Source: a bacterium (GTDB lineage Bacteria > Zhuqueibacterota > Zhuqueibacteria > Residuimicrobiales > Krinioviventaceae). Taken from it: a stretch of DNA of 64,000 nt. The stretch spans positions 49,316-113,315 of the forward strand of contig CAXXFV010000001.1 of the NCBI GenBank assembly GCA_963674595.2, read 5' to 3'. Both the position numbers and the translations under genes were made by a program. Position 1 is the first letter of the stretch, and each line of letters opens with the position of its first letter. The notes under the pieces are model-generated. The model worked only from the letters and a program-made list of their open reading frames with translations, did not search any database and was not told the origin of the DNA. Positions 10,080 through 19,844 of this stretch are shown one piece after another.

Positions 10080-11054
10080 ATGGCTGAAGTGACATATCTC
10101 CAGGCAATTAACGAAGCTCTTTTTGAGGAAATGGACAGGGACCCTCAAGTGATCCTTATCGGTGAAGATGTCGGTCCCTATGGCGGGGCCTTTAAGGTGA
10201 CCAAGGGACTTTATGAAAAATTTGGCGATAAACGGGTTATAGACACACCCATCTCCGAATCCGCTATTATTGGTGTGGCCGTTGGAAATGCCATTACAGG
10301 TATGAGGCCTGTTGCTGAAATTCAGTTTGCGGATTTTATAACAAATGCATTTAATCAAATTGTTACCAATGCCGCCACGCTTCACTACCGTTATAGTATC
10401 CCGGTGCCCATGGTCATTCGAACGCCATCCGGCGGCGGCATACATGGCGGACCGTTTCATTCCAAAAACCCGGAAGCGTGGTTTGTGCATCAACCCGGAC
10501 TCAAGGTTGTTGCGCCTGCTTTTCCTTATGATGCAAAAGGATTGTTAAAATCCGCTATCCGGGACAATAATCCGGTTTTATATTTTGAGCACAAGTTTCT
10601 TTACCGCCGGATTAAGCAAGAACTGCCTCAGGAAGACTATACCGTTCCCATTGGTAAAGCCGCCATTGTAAGAGAGGGTTCGGATGTCAGTATCATCACC
10701 TATGGCTCTATGGTGCATGAGTCTATAAAAGCGGCTGACGAACTTGCAAAAAAGGGAGTGAACCCGGAAATTCTGGACCTGCGCTCCTTGCAGCCGATGG
10801 ACCTGGACGCCATATTTAAAACAGTTGCCAAAACCAGTCGTGTGGTCATTGTTCATGAAGACAACCTGACCGGCGGCATCGGAGGAGAAATCGCAGCCCT
10901 TATTGCCGACCAGGGATTTGAAATGCTGGACGCGCCGGTTAAGCGGGTGGCTGCTATTGATACCCCCATGCCCTACAGTCCGGTTATGGAAGAATATCAC
11001 TTACCCAATTCAGCAAAAATTATCAAGGCAGTTGAACAAACTTTGGACTATTGA
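10080..11054 (+). CDS. 2-oxoacid dehydrogenase E1 beta subunit
   Basis: GEDVG..GGAF, DTPISE, EIQFADF, GGPFHS, FEHK. Confidence 0.94.
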   Translation: MAEVTYLQAINEALFEEMDRDPQVILIGEDVGPYGGAFKVTKGLYEKFGDKRVIDTPISESAIIGVAVGNAITGMRPVAEIQFADFITNAFNQIVTNAATLHYRYSIPVPMVIRTPSGGGIHGGPFHSKNPEAWFVHQPGLKVVAPAFPYDAKGLLKSAIRDNNPVLYFEHKFLYRRIKQELPQEDYTVPIGKAAIVREGSDVSIITYGSMVHESIKAADELAKKGVNPEILDLRSLQPMDLDAIFKTVAKTSRVVIVHEDNLTGGIGGEIAALIADQGFEMLDAPVKRVAAIDTPMPYSPVMEEYHLPNSAKIIKAVEQTLDY

Positions 11055-11056
11055 CA

Positions 11057-11302
11057 ATGATAAAATTTTCCGAAAAGAGTCTGGATCGATTTAAAGAAAT
11101 AACGGCAACATTTCCAACCCGGGAATCTACATTTTTACCTGTTTTACAAATGGCCCGGAATGAGTTTGGGACTGTTAATCAGCAGGTGGTTTTATATTTG
11201 TCTGAATTATACGATCTGCCTGTAGAATATATAAATCAAATGATAGAACAGTATAAAATATTTATAGACCTTGACAAGGAAAGTGGAAAGGTTGTAAAAT
11301 GA
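11057..11302 (+). CDS. Stand-alone NuoE N-terminal-helical-domain-like protein (no 2Fe-2S domain)
   Basis: FS......F..I...FP.RES..LPVL..A..EFG.V......YLSEL..LP resembles the NuoE N-terminus. No cysteines. Its stop overlaps the E2 start (ATGA). Confidence 0.7.
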   Translation: MIKFSEKSLDRFKEITATFPTRESTFLPVLQMARNEFGTVNQQVVLYLSELYDLPVEYINQMIEQYKIFIDLDKESGKVVK

Positions 11303-12543
11303 AAATTGATATGGTTATGCCGCAAATGGGGGAGAGCATTGTAGAGGGAACAATCGTTAAATGGCTCAAGGCCCTTGGTGAAACAGTTGAAAAAGATGAA
11401 ATTATTCTGGAAATCAGCACGGACAAAGTGGACTCTGAAATTCCGGCCCCGGCTGCCGGTACGCTGGATGAAATACTTGTAAAAGAAAATGAAACCGTTG
11501 CGGTGGGGACTGTTATTGCACGTATATCGACGGAAGCGGAACCTGCTGTAAAAGAAGATAAAGCATTACAGTTGGCTGCAGGCAAACCGGATGAACAGCA
11601 AAAACCGGGTGATGATTCCACGGAAAACGAACAAAAAACATTTCTGTCGCCTGTTGTCAGGAAAATTGCCCGGGAATATAATTTACCGATGGAGCAGGTC
11701 AAAACGATTGAAGGAACCGGTGCACAAGGACGGATTACCAAAAATGATATTTTAAACTATGTCAACATTCTTCAGGGACAAAAGAGTCCGGAACCAGTTG
11801 TTGAAGAAAAAGAGGCGCCTGTTGTTCCTACAGAAACCAAAATATCTGGACAGGACGAACGTATTGAGGTCATTCCTATCGATCATGTGCGCAAGAAAAT
11901 AGCGGAACACATGGTGATGAGTAAAAAAATTGCGCCGCATGTTACGTCGGTGGCTGAAGTGGATATGACCCGGATTGTTAATTACCGTGAGCAAAGAAAA
12001 AGGTTGTTTCAAGAGCAGGAACTTGTTAAATTAACCTATACAGCATTTTTTGTTGAATGTGCTGTAAAAGCATTAAAAGAATATCCTGTTATGAATAGTT
12101 CTTTTGACGGAACAAATATTCTGCAAAAGAAATTTATCAATATTGGTGTAGCCGTTGGATTGGATAAGGGGCTCATTGTTCCGGTTATAAAAAACGCCGA
12201 TCAATTAAATCTTGCCGGCATTCAACGTTCTTTAACGGATTTGGCTGACAGAGCACGGGTAAAACAGCTAAAACCCGATGAAGTCCAGGGAGGTACTTTT
12301 TCCATTACCAATATCGGGACCTTTGGTAATATTTTTGGAACACCTATTATTAATCAACCGCAGGTAGCCATTCTTGGTACAGGAGCCATAAAAAAGCGAC
12401 CGGTTGTTATAGAAAATGATGCCATTGCTATTCGCTCAATGATGTACCTGAGCCTGACTTATGACCACAGGATTATTGACGGTTTATACGCCGGAAAATT
12501 TTTACAGCGAATTGTTGAATTATTAGAAAATTATAATAACTAA
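11299..12543 (+). CDS. Dihydrolipoamide acyltransferase (E2)
   Basis: Lipoyl domain (STDKVDSEI), subunit-binding domain (SPVVRKIA...GTGAQGRITK), catalytic DHRIIDG. Confidence 0.95.
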   Translation: MKIDMVMPQMGESIVEGTIVKWLKALGETVEKDEIILEISTDKVDSEIPAPAAGTLDEILVKENETVAVGTVIARISTEAEPAVKEDKALQLAAGKPDEQQKPGDDSTENEQKTFLSPVVRKIAREYNLPMEQVKTIEGTGAQGRITKNDILNYVNILQGQKSPEPVVEEKEAPVVPTETKISGQDERIEVIPIDHVRKKIAEHMVMSKKIAPHVTSVAEVDMTRIVNYREQRKRLFQEQELVKLTYTAFFVECAVKALKEYPVMNSSFDGTNILQKKFINIGVAVGLDKGLIVPVIKNADQLNLAGIQRSLTDLADRARVKQLKPDEVQGGTFSITNIGTFGNIFGTPIINQPQVAILGTGAIKKRPVVIENDAIAIRSMMYLSLTYDHRIIDGLYAGKFLQRIVELLENYNN

Positions 12544-12565
12544 TTACATTAAAGAAAGAAAAATA

Positions 12566-13252
12566 GTGGACTCTATAGCAGAATTTAAAGTTTTGGACGC
12601 TGGTTTGGTAAGATTAGTTGGTTTTATGGGCGGTGACAATGCCGTTGTTGAGGCGGCACGGGTTTCCTATGGAAAAGGTGTTACAGAAGCTGAACGGGAC
12701 AGAAAATTAATTCACTTTCTTTTGGCTAATCGTCATGAAACACCATTTGAGCATAGTGTGTTTAAATTTCATATAAAATGCCCGATTTTTGTGGCGCGGC
12801 AGTGGTTTCGTCATCGGATGTCAAGCTATAATGAAATTTCCGGTCGTTATACAAAGATGAAAGAAGAGTGCTGTTTGCCGGAAAACCTGCGCACTCAAAA
12901 AGCAAGAAATTATGTTTATGAGACGGTTGAACCAGAGTTGAATAAAGAACTCAGGGACAAAATCCAGGACCATTATGATAAAACATTTGAGCTCTATAAC
13001 GAGCTATTGGAAAAGGGCGTTGCCAAAGAACATGCACGTATTATCCTTCCGCTTGCGTTGTATACTCAATTCTACTGGACAATTAATGCCCGCTCTCTCA
13101 TGAACTTTTTATCGCTTCGCAGCGATATTCATGCCCAGGGGGAAATCAGGGAATATGCGGATGTTATTGGCCAAATATTTCTAGAAAATATGCCCTACAC
13201 GTATGAAGCTTTTTTGCGATATGTTGTTAACGGCGAAAAATGGACTGAATAA
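12566..13252 (+). CDS. thyX: FAD-dependent thymidylate synthase
   Basis: HETPFEH and signature RQWFRHRMSSYNEISGRY. Confidence 0.96.
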   Translation: MDSIAEFKVLDAGLVRLVGFMGGDNAVVEAARVSYGKGVTEAERDRKLIHFLLANRHETPFEHSVFKFHIKCPIFVARQWFRHRMSSYNEISGRYTKMKEECCLPENLRTQKARNYVYETVEPELNKELRDKIQDHYDKTFELYNELLEKGVAKEHARIILPLALYTQFYWTINARSLMNFLSLRSDIHAQGEIREYADVIGQIFLENMPYTYEAFLRYVVNGEKWTE

Positions 13253-13273
13253 TATTAAAAAATTTGATAATAA

Positions 13274-14147
13274 ATGAATATAGAAAAAAAACAGAGGCGT
13301 CCACACTGGTTAAAAGTCAAATTGCCGGGTGGAAACGCTTTTACCAAAGTCAAGTCAGTAGTAAATAACGGGGAATTACATACGGTTTGTCAAAGTGCAC
13401 GGTGTCCCAATATCGGTGAATGTTGGGGCCGGCAGACAGCGACATTTATGATTATGGGTGATCTTTGCACCCGAAACTGCCGATTTTGCGCTGTTAACCA
13501 CGGCAAGCCTGAACCCTTGGATGAAAACGAACCAATTAAAATTGCCCGTGCGGTAAAACATCTGGGCCTTCGTTATGCTGTTATTACATCCGTCACCCGA
13601 GATGACCTTGACGACGGCGGTGCCCGACATTTTGCCGAAACGATTCGTGCTGTCAAAAAACTACAGCCCGAATGCCGTGTTGAGGTGCTCATCCCGGATT
13701 TGCAGGGGGATAAAAGTGCTTTAAAAAACCGTCCTTGATGCGCAGCCGGATGTGTTGAATCACAATATTGAAACAGTGCCCCGGCTTTATCCGCAGGCAC
13801 GTCCGCAGGCAGATTTTAACCGTTCAATTGAACTGTTGAAAAGAAGCGCTGAATTGGGCGCGCGTACAAAAACCGGTATTATGGTTGGTTTGGGTGAAAC
13901 AGAAAAAGAAATTTTGGATGTATTTGAAATACTGGTTTCCGTTAACTGTAAAATTTTGACAATCGGACAATATTTGCAGCCCGGACCGGAACAATTACCG
14001 ATTCACGAGTTTATTCATCCCGATCAGTTTGCTATCTTGAAAAACAAAGCCCTGGAGCTTGGATTTGAACATGTAGAATCCGGGCCGCTGGTTCGCAGTT
14101 CCTATCACGCTGATGAACAGGTCAAGGTGCTTGATGGACAAAAGTAA
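13274..14147 (+). CDS. lipA: Lipoyl synthase (split by +1 A at ~13723-13728, probable sequencing error)
   Basis: [12 protein letters not shown] and CTRNCRFC, then LNHNIETV...VRSSYHA. Removing one A in TTAAAAAACC restores [17 protein letters not shown]. Confidence 0.93.
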
Positions 14148-14613
14148 AACACCGCAGGTATCTTTAACCGAGATTTCAATTATTGCCACCCCGGCACAGG
14201 CCAATACACTTGGTACGGTTTTCGGTGGTAAACTCATGGAATGGATGGATATGGCGGCAGCTATTTGTGCCCGCCGTCATTCAAATTTACGTGTAATAAC
14301 AGCGGCTGTCAATGATATCCGGTTTATAAAACCGATTTATACGGGACAGGTGATTAAGACCGTTGCCCAAATGAACAGGGTTTTTGGTTCATCGATGGAT
14401 ATTAAAGTTGACGTTTACGGCGAAGACAGCTATGAAAATAAAACCTTCCTGGCGGCAACAGGAATTTTTCTGGTTGTAGGAACGGATGAAAACAAACAAC
14501 CTGTTAATGTGCCGGACCTGGTTGTTCTCACGGATGATGAAAAACATCGTTGGGAAATGGCAGGAAAACGACGGGAGACTTTTCGCGAAACGGAAAATAA
14601 TAGAAAGGAATAA
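14134..14613 (+). CDS. Acyl-CoA thioesterase (hotdog fold)
   Basis: ANTLGTVFGGKLMEWMD motif; overlaps the lipA end. Confidence 0.9.
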   Translation: MDKSKTPQVSLTEISIIATPAQANTLGTVFGGKLMEWMDMAAAICARRHSNLRVITAAVNDIRFIKPIYTGQVIKTVAQMNRVFGSSMDIKVDVYGEDSYENKTFLAATGIFLVVGTDENKQPVNVPDLVVLTDDEKHRWEMAGKRRETFRETENNRKE

Positions 14614-14615
14614 AT

Positions 14616-15203
14616 ATGGCAGTGCTTGACGTCATAACTTATGGAGACCCAACGTTACGCAAAATAGCAGAACCCTATCAGAAAGATGAAGTAACTGAAG
14701 AGTTTATTCAGGACATGCTGGAAACCATGAAAGAAGAAGACGGTGTTGGTTTGGCCGCACCACAGGTCAATGTTTCAAAACGTTTGATTACACTAACAGA
14801 TTTTAAGAATGAATACGTGTTGTTTAATCCGGAAATTATTGCTCACAGCGAGCAAAAAAAAACAGATATAGAAGGCTGCCTTAGTTTGCCGGGACTGCAG
14901 GCAATGGTGCCCCGCTATGAAAAAGTGATTGTTCGCGCAATGAATCAGGATTGGGAACCTGTTGAAATAAAAGGAAGCGGTTTACTGGCTGTTGTTTTAC
15001 AACATGAAATTGACCATTTGAACGGTATTTTGTATATTGACAGGGCGGATTTGGACACATTGGTATGGATTGAATATGATGATGAAGGCGACAAAAGTAC
15101 CAAAATTAAAACGACCGTAAAGGAGGTCCAGGAGGAATTTGAAGAAATATTCCACCGGGGACAGGATAATATAGTTTTTGCACCGCAAAATACCATTGTT
15201 TAA
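14616..15203 (+). CDS. def: Peptide deformylase
   Basis: GVGLAAPQ, EGCLS, QHEIDHLNG. Confidence 0.97.
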   Translation: MAVLDVITYGDPTLRKIAEPYQKDEVTEEFIQDMLETMKEEDGVGLAAPQVNVSKRLITLTDFKNEYVLFNPEIIAHSEQKKTDIEGCLSLPGLQAMVPRYEKVIVRAMNQDWEPVEIKGSGLLAVVLQHEIDHLNGILYIDRADLDTLVWIEYDDEGDKSTKIKTTVKEVQEEFEEIFHRGQDNIVFAPQNTIV

Positions 15204-15213
15204 GGAGGTAAAT

Positions 15214-15522
15214 ATGGCAGAACGAATCATTAAATATATTCGAAAACTTTCCGGTGATGAGGCAAATCAGCATTATGTCATGATTTTGGATGAAAGTTTA
15301 AAGCTGTTTCCAAATCCCGGCAACAAGTTTAATTTAAAAGTTGGTGACCTGACAAAAGAAGTACAGGTCTCAGCCGTAGACTGCTGGTGCCGCGGACCAA
15401 AAAAACCTCATGTCCATTACCGGATTGACATGAAACCGTTTTTATCTGTTTATCGGCCTCACTTTGGCGCCACTGTAAATATTGATAAAACAGGTAGCGA
15501 TATTTTTGAATTAACATATTAG
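15214..15522 (+). CDS. Hypothetical protein with CxC-RGP-x3-HxH motif
   Basis: Strong RBS AAGGAGG before ATG 15214; contains DCWCRGPKKPHVHY. Confidence 0.75.
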   Translation: MAERIIKYIRKLSGDEANQHYVMILDESLKLFPNPGNKFNLKVGDLTKEVQVSAVDCWCRGPKKPHVHYRIDMKPFLSVYRPHFGATVNIDKTGSDIFELTY

Positions 15523-15554
15523 AACAGAATGGAAACGATAAAGGATTTGTGATA

Positions 15555-16319
15555 ATGAAAGCGCTTGTTCTGGCTGCCGGTTATGCGACGCGATTATACC
15601 CCCTGACAAAAGATAAACCAAAACCACTGTTAAAAATTGGTGAAAAAACCATTCTCGATTACCTTGTACAGCAATTTGAAGCTGTTACGGAAATTGACGG
15701 GGTTTATATTGTAACCAATGACAAGTTTTATACCCACTTTGTAAAATGGGCAAATCAGGCATCCGGCGCCGGTCTATATAAGAGCCTTGATATTCATATC
15801 GTCAACGACGGAACCACCAGCAATGACAATCGTTTGGGCGCCATTGCTGATATTAATTTTGTCATTGAAAAATTTAACATCAATGATGATTTATTCGTTT
15901 CTGCCGGGGACAATATTTTTTCCTTTGATTTTCGTAATATGGTGTCGCTTTACAACAAGGTCGGTGGTGATGTTGTTTTGGCACACAAGCTGGATGATTT
16001 GGAGCGTTTGAAAAAAAGGGGCGTTATCGAGTTTGATGATAACCTGCAAGTTATTGGATTTGAAGAAAAGCCGCCGCAGCCGAAATCTCATTATGTTTGT
16101 CCGGCTCTTTATATCTTTAAGCGTGAAACGCTTTCTTTGATCCGGGAATATATTAACAATGGGGAAAACAGCGACGCTCCCGGACGTTTTGTGCAATGGT
16201 TGTTTCCCAAAAAACAGGTTTTCGCATACGTTACAAATGAACCTTCCATTGACATCGGCACACTCGAAACCTATAACAAAGTTTGTAAAACATTTCACAT
16301 GCCTGATAATTTATCCTGA
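15555..16319 (+). CDS. Sugar-phosphate nucleotidyltransferase family protein
   Basis: LAAGYATRLYPLT...PKPLL, FEEKP, DIGT. Confidence 0.9.
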   Translation: MKALVLAAGYATRLYPLTKDKPKPLLKIGEKTILDYLVQQFEAVTEIDGVYIVTNDKFYTHFVKWANQASGAGLYKSLDIHIVNDGTTSNDNRLGAIADINFVIEKFNINDDLFVSAGDNIFSFDFRNMVSLYNKVGGDVVLAHKLDDLERLKKRGVIEFDDNLQVIGFEEKPPQPKSHYVCPALYIFKRETLSLIREYINNGENSDAPGRFVQWLFPKKQVFAYVTNEPSIDIGTLETYNKVCKTFHMPDNLS

Positions 16320-16522
16320 CATTAATAATTTCTTTCAAATATAATGATTTTGTTTAAAAAGTACTTTTTTTGATATAAAAAACATTATATAATATAATTT
16401 TTTCTGAATGAAATTAAACAGGCCCGTTGCTTTTATCTTGATTTTTTGCTGTCAGTTTTTTACTTTAATCGATTATTTTAGATAATTGATTAAAATTTTA
16501 TAATAGAATTTCAGGAGACTAA

Positions 16523-17485
16523 ATGGCAGGATCAGGAGAGTTTGTTGTCGGTTTGGATCTTGGCGGAACATTTTTAAAGTACGCATTGGGTACATTAAAA
16601 GGTGAAATTTATCATAAAGGTAAAAAACCCAGTAAAGGGGAAGAATCCAAAGAAGCTATTTTCGGTGTTATTTTTGAAGCAATTGACGAATGTATTGCAA
16701 TTGCAAAAGAAAACGGTGGTTCCGTTGTTGCAATGGGACTCGGAAGCCCGGGTGCCGTTCATTTTGACCTTGGTAAATTAATGGGAAACACCCCGAATCT
16801 TCCTGATTGGGGCGATGCTGATGTTAAAGGGACCATTGAACAAAAATATAATATTCCAATCTGGGCAGATAATGATGCCAATGTTATGACCCTGGCAGAG
16901 AGCCGACAGGGTGCAGCAAAAGGCTGTGAGCAGGTCATTGCCATTACCCTCGGAACCGGTATCGGCGGCGGTATTATGGTTAATAATCAAATTTACCGCG
17001 GTACAAATTATGCCGGTGCTGAATTGGGCCATGTTTCAATCGACTATAACGGTCGTCCCTGTAATTGCGGCGGCACAGGTTGTGTTGAGCAATATGCTTC
17101 AGCGCCGTCTATGGTCCGTAATTTTGTTGAAAAGCTGACAAAAAATTCCACGCCTGTGCCTGAGAATGTTACCACAAAAACAATCTTTGAAATGGCAGCA
17201 AAAGGTGATAAAGACGCTCTTGATACAATAGACGAAACGTGTGTTACCCTGGGCTCTGCTCTGGCAAGTATTGTTAATATTTTTAATCCGCAAATGATTG
17301 TTATCGGTGGCGGCGTTGCTGATGCCGGTGAAGAGTTTATGAAACAAATTTTTAATGTGGTTAAAAAACGGGCCATATCCCCAGCCTTAAAAGGATTAAA
17401 ACTGGTCAAAGCACAATTGGGTAATGACGCCGGAATGATCGGCGCCATGAGTTTGGCTGCTGAAATGTACGAGATGAAAAAATAA
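16523..17485 (+). CDS. ROK-family sugar kinase (glucokinase-like)
   Basis: DLGGT, NDAN, TLGTGIGGG, ELGH, CNCGGTGCVE; no HTH domain. Confidence 0.92.
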   Translation: MAGSGEFVVGLDLGGTFLKYALGTLKGEIYHKGKKPSKGEESKEAIFGVIFEAIDECIAIAKENGGSVVAMGLGSPGAVHFDLGKLMGNTPNLPDWGDADVKGTIEQKYNIPIWADNDANVMTLAESRQGAAKGCEQVIAITLGTGIGGGIMVNNQIYRGTNYAGAELGHVSIDYNGRPCNCGGTGCVEQYASAPSMVRNFVEKLTKNSTPVPENVTTKTIFEMAAKGDKDALDTIDETCVTLGSALASIVNIFNPQMIVIGGGVADAGEEFMKQIFNVVKKRAISPALKGLKLVKAQLGNDAGMIGAMSLAAEMYEMKK

Positions 17486-17508
17486 TAATATTCCTGAAAG
17501 TGAATACC

Positions 17509-18702
17509 ATGAAAATTTTAATTGCCAATGTTGGAAGCACCTCATTCAAGTTCAAGTTGTTTGATATGCAGGACGAATCTGTTCTGGCGGATGGAAAGAT
17601 AGAAAATATCGGCTATGATGAATCCGCATTTCAACTGTCCTCCAAACAAAACCAGCAAAGCGGTGTTGCCAAATTCCCGGAATATGCCGACGCGGTTCAT
17701 CGCACCATTCAGTTTTTAACAGATGCGGAAACCGGTGTTCTCGCTTCTCTGGACGAATTGAATGCCATCGGTTTTAAAACAGTGCATGGTAAAGGGATCC
17801 GTGAATGCCGTTACTTGGATGAATCTGTGCTCAACGCTATGGAAGAATACACATTTCTGGCGCCGGCACACAATCCACCCTATATCAATGCCATCCGAAT
17901 ATTTGCCAAACTTGTTCCGGGCATTCCATTGGTCGGACTTTTTGAACCGGCTTTTCATCGCACCATTCCGGATTATGCTTATACGTTCGGTATCCCCTAT
18001 GAGCTGGCGGAAAAGCATTCCATACGTAAATACGGATTTCACGGCGCTTCCCATCGGTTTATTGCTGAAAATGCCCCGGTTTTTGCGGGAATGGACCCCA
18101 AAAATGTTCGCCTTATATCCTGTCATTTAGGCGGCAGTTCCTCGATTTGTGCCGTTAAGAATGGAAAATCAATCGACACCAGTATGGCTTTTTCACCGCA
18201 AAGTGGATTGCTGAACGCAAAACGCTGCGGCGATCTGGACCCGTTTGTGACGCTGTTTTTGCAAAAAGCTGAGAACATGTCTGTCGACGAGGTTGCTGAT
18301 CTGTTAAATACAAAAAGCGGTCTGTTGGGAATTTCCGGTGTGTCCGGCGACATGAAACAAATTATTGATGCGGCAGAGACCGGTAATAAACAGGCACAAC
18401 TCGCTGTTGATACCTTTTGTTATGGAATCCAAAAATATATTGGTTCCTATTTTATTGCTCTGGGCGGACTCGATCTTTTAGTGTTTACCGGTGGAATTGG
18501 CGAACGCGGCACTTTAGTCCGTCAAAAAATCGTGGAAGGGCTGACAGCTTTGGGTGCAGAACTTGATAATAGTAAGAATGAAAACGTTAAGGACAGCGCT
18601 ATCATTTCCACGGCATCCAGCAAAATTACCGTAGCTGTTGTTCCCACAAACGAAGAGAAAATTGTGGCTGTCGAAGTTAAGGAACTGCTGGAAAAGAAAT
18701 AA
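17509..18702 (+). CDS. ackA: Acetate/propionate kinase
   Basis: NVGSTSFK, APAHNP, YGFHGASH, CHLGGSSS, FTGGIGE, TNEE. Confidence 0.9.
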   Translation: MKILIANVGSTSFKFKLFDMQDESVLADGKIENIGYDESAFQLSSKQNQQSGVAKFPEYADAVHRTIQFLTDAETGVLASLDELNAIGFKTVHGKGIRECRYLDESVLNAMEEYTFLAPAHNPPYINAIRIFAKLVPGIPLVGLFEPAFHRTIPDYAYTFGIPYELAEKHSIRKYGFHGASHRFIAENAPVFAGMDPKNVRLISCHLGGSSSICAVKNGKSIDTSMAFSPQSGLLNAKRCGDLDPFVTLFLQKAENMSVDEVADLLNTKSGLLGISGVSGDMKQIIDAAETGNKQAQLAVDTFCYGIQKYIGSYFIALGGLDLLVFTGGIGERGTLVRQKIVEGLTALGAELDNSKNENVKDSAIISTASSKITVAVVPTNEEKIVAVEVKELLEKK

Positions 18703-18722
18703 GTATGATGTAAAAAAAGGAC

Positions 18723-18751
18723 TTGATTCTTTAGTCTGATTATATTACATT
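18723..18751 (+). promoter_or_regulatory. Putative sigma70 promoter of the his leader
   Basis: TTGATT-N17-TACATT upstream of the leader ORF. Confidence 0.6.
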
Positions 18752-18777
18752 TCAAATATTTTAATTTTGGAGTAAAA

Positions 18778-18846
18778 GTGAATAAAGTAATGTTACATCA
18801 TCATCATCACCACTATCATCATAATACCGCCATGGTAGGTGGGTGA
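18778..18846 (+). CDS. hisL: his operon leader peptide (MNKVMLHHHHHHYHHNTAMVGG)
   Basis: GGAG RBS, GTG start (alternative ATG 18790), 8 His codons, TGA at 18844-46; lies directly upstream of hisG. Confidence 0.9.
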   Translation: MNKVMLHHHHHHYHHNTAMVGG

Positions 18847-18885
18847 GTTGCATTATTTTTTCTAATAAATTTTATAAACTACGCC

Positions 18886-18917
18886 AAGCCTGCCATAAAA
18901 TATGGCAGGCTTTTTTT
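18886..18917 (+). terminator. his attenuator terminator
   Basis: AAGCCTGCCATA-aaa-TATGGCAGGCTT followed by a T-run, ~20 nt before hisG. Confidence 0.92.
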
Positions 18918-18936
18918 ATTTTAAAAAGGAGAAATC

Positions 18937-19833
18937 ATGGTAGATTGGAATGGACTCAGTGAAAGTGTATTTAAAATAGGTTTACCCAAGGGCAGTTTGG
19001 AAGAGCCAACTTTTCGTTTGTTGGCAAAAGCAGGTTTTTATTTTTCCGTCAGCAAAAGATCATTGTTCCCGACAATTGATGACGATGAAATTCAGGCTAT
19101 TCTCATTCGTGCCCAGGAAATTGCAAAATATGTAGAAGAAGGTGTTTTTGATGTCGGTTTGACCGGTAAAGACTGGATCATGGAAAACCGTGCAGACGTT
19201 GTTGAAGTTGGTGAATTGACCTATGCAAAATCGACAAGGCGCCCGGTAAAATGGGTGTTGGCGGTTCCAAATGAATCACCAATTAAAAGTATCAAGGATT
19301 TGCAGGGAAAAAGAATTGCCACGGAAATTGTCAACTTGACAAAAGATTATTTGGCTAAAAATGGTGTTGAGGCCGAGGTAGAGTTTTCCTGGGGTGCGAC
19401 AGAAGTGAAAACACCGACACTTGTCGATGCCATTGTTGAAGTCACAGAAACCGGAAATTCTCTTAAAGTCAATAACCTTCGCATTGTTGAAACGTTGCTG
19501 GAATCCAGGACTATGCTCATAGCCAACAAACAAAGCTGGGAAAATCCTGCCAAACGGGAAAAAATTGAAAATTTAAACATGTTGCTGCAAGGCGCTATTC
19601 AGTCTGAGGGTAAAGTCGGGCTCAAGCTGAACGTTCCCAAAGACAAGCTGGAAAACCTGATGAAAACATTGCCGGCTATGAAACGCCCCACCATCTCATC
19701 CTTGTATGGTGACGACTGGGTTGCTGTTGAAATAATTATCGAAGAAAAAATCGTCAGAAATATAATTCCTTCTTTAAAAAGAGCGGGTGCTCAGGATATC
19801 ATCGAGTATCCATTAAACAAGGTAATTTATTAG
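18937..19833 (+). CDS. hisG: ATP phosphoribosyltransferase (long form)
   Basis: [29 protein letters not shown] and a C-terminal regulatory domain. Confidence 0.96.
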   Translation: MVDWNGLSESVFKIGLPKGSLEEPTFRLLAKAGFYFSVSKRSLFPTIDDDEIQAILIRAQEIAKYVEEGVFDVGLTGKDWIMENRADVVEVGELTYAKSTRRPVKWVLAVPNESPIKSIKDLQGKRIATEIVNLTKDYLAKNGVEAEVEFSWGATEVKTPTLVDAIVEVTETGNSLKVNNLRIVETLLESRTMLIANKQSWENPAKREKIENLNMLLQGAIQSEGKVGLKLNVPKDKLENLMKTLPAMKRPTISSLYGDDWVAVEIIIEEKIVRNIIPSLKRAGAQDIIEYPLNKVIY

Positions 19834-19844
19834 AGGATTGACCT

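Noticed and set aside
11057-11302. nuoE pseudogene from a complex I operon
   Set aside because: No other nuo genes and no residual Cys-domain sequence; the ORF is intact and tightly coupled on both sides.
13720-13760. Programmed frameshift in lipA at TTAAAAAAC
   Set aside because: No evident stimulatory structure, and similar single-base homopolymer indels occur in pgk and iolM, so sequencing error is simpler.
18796-18822. (CAT)n microsatellite or engineered His-tag
   Set aside because: Explained as control codons of the his leader, with RBS, stop and attenuator in native context.
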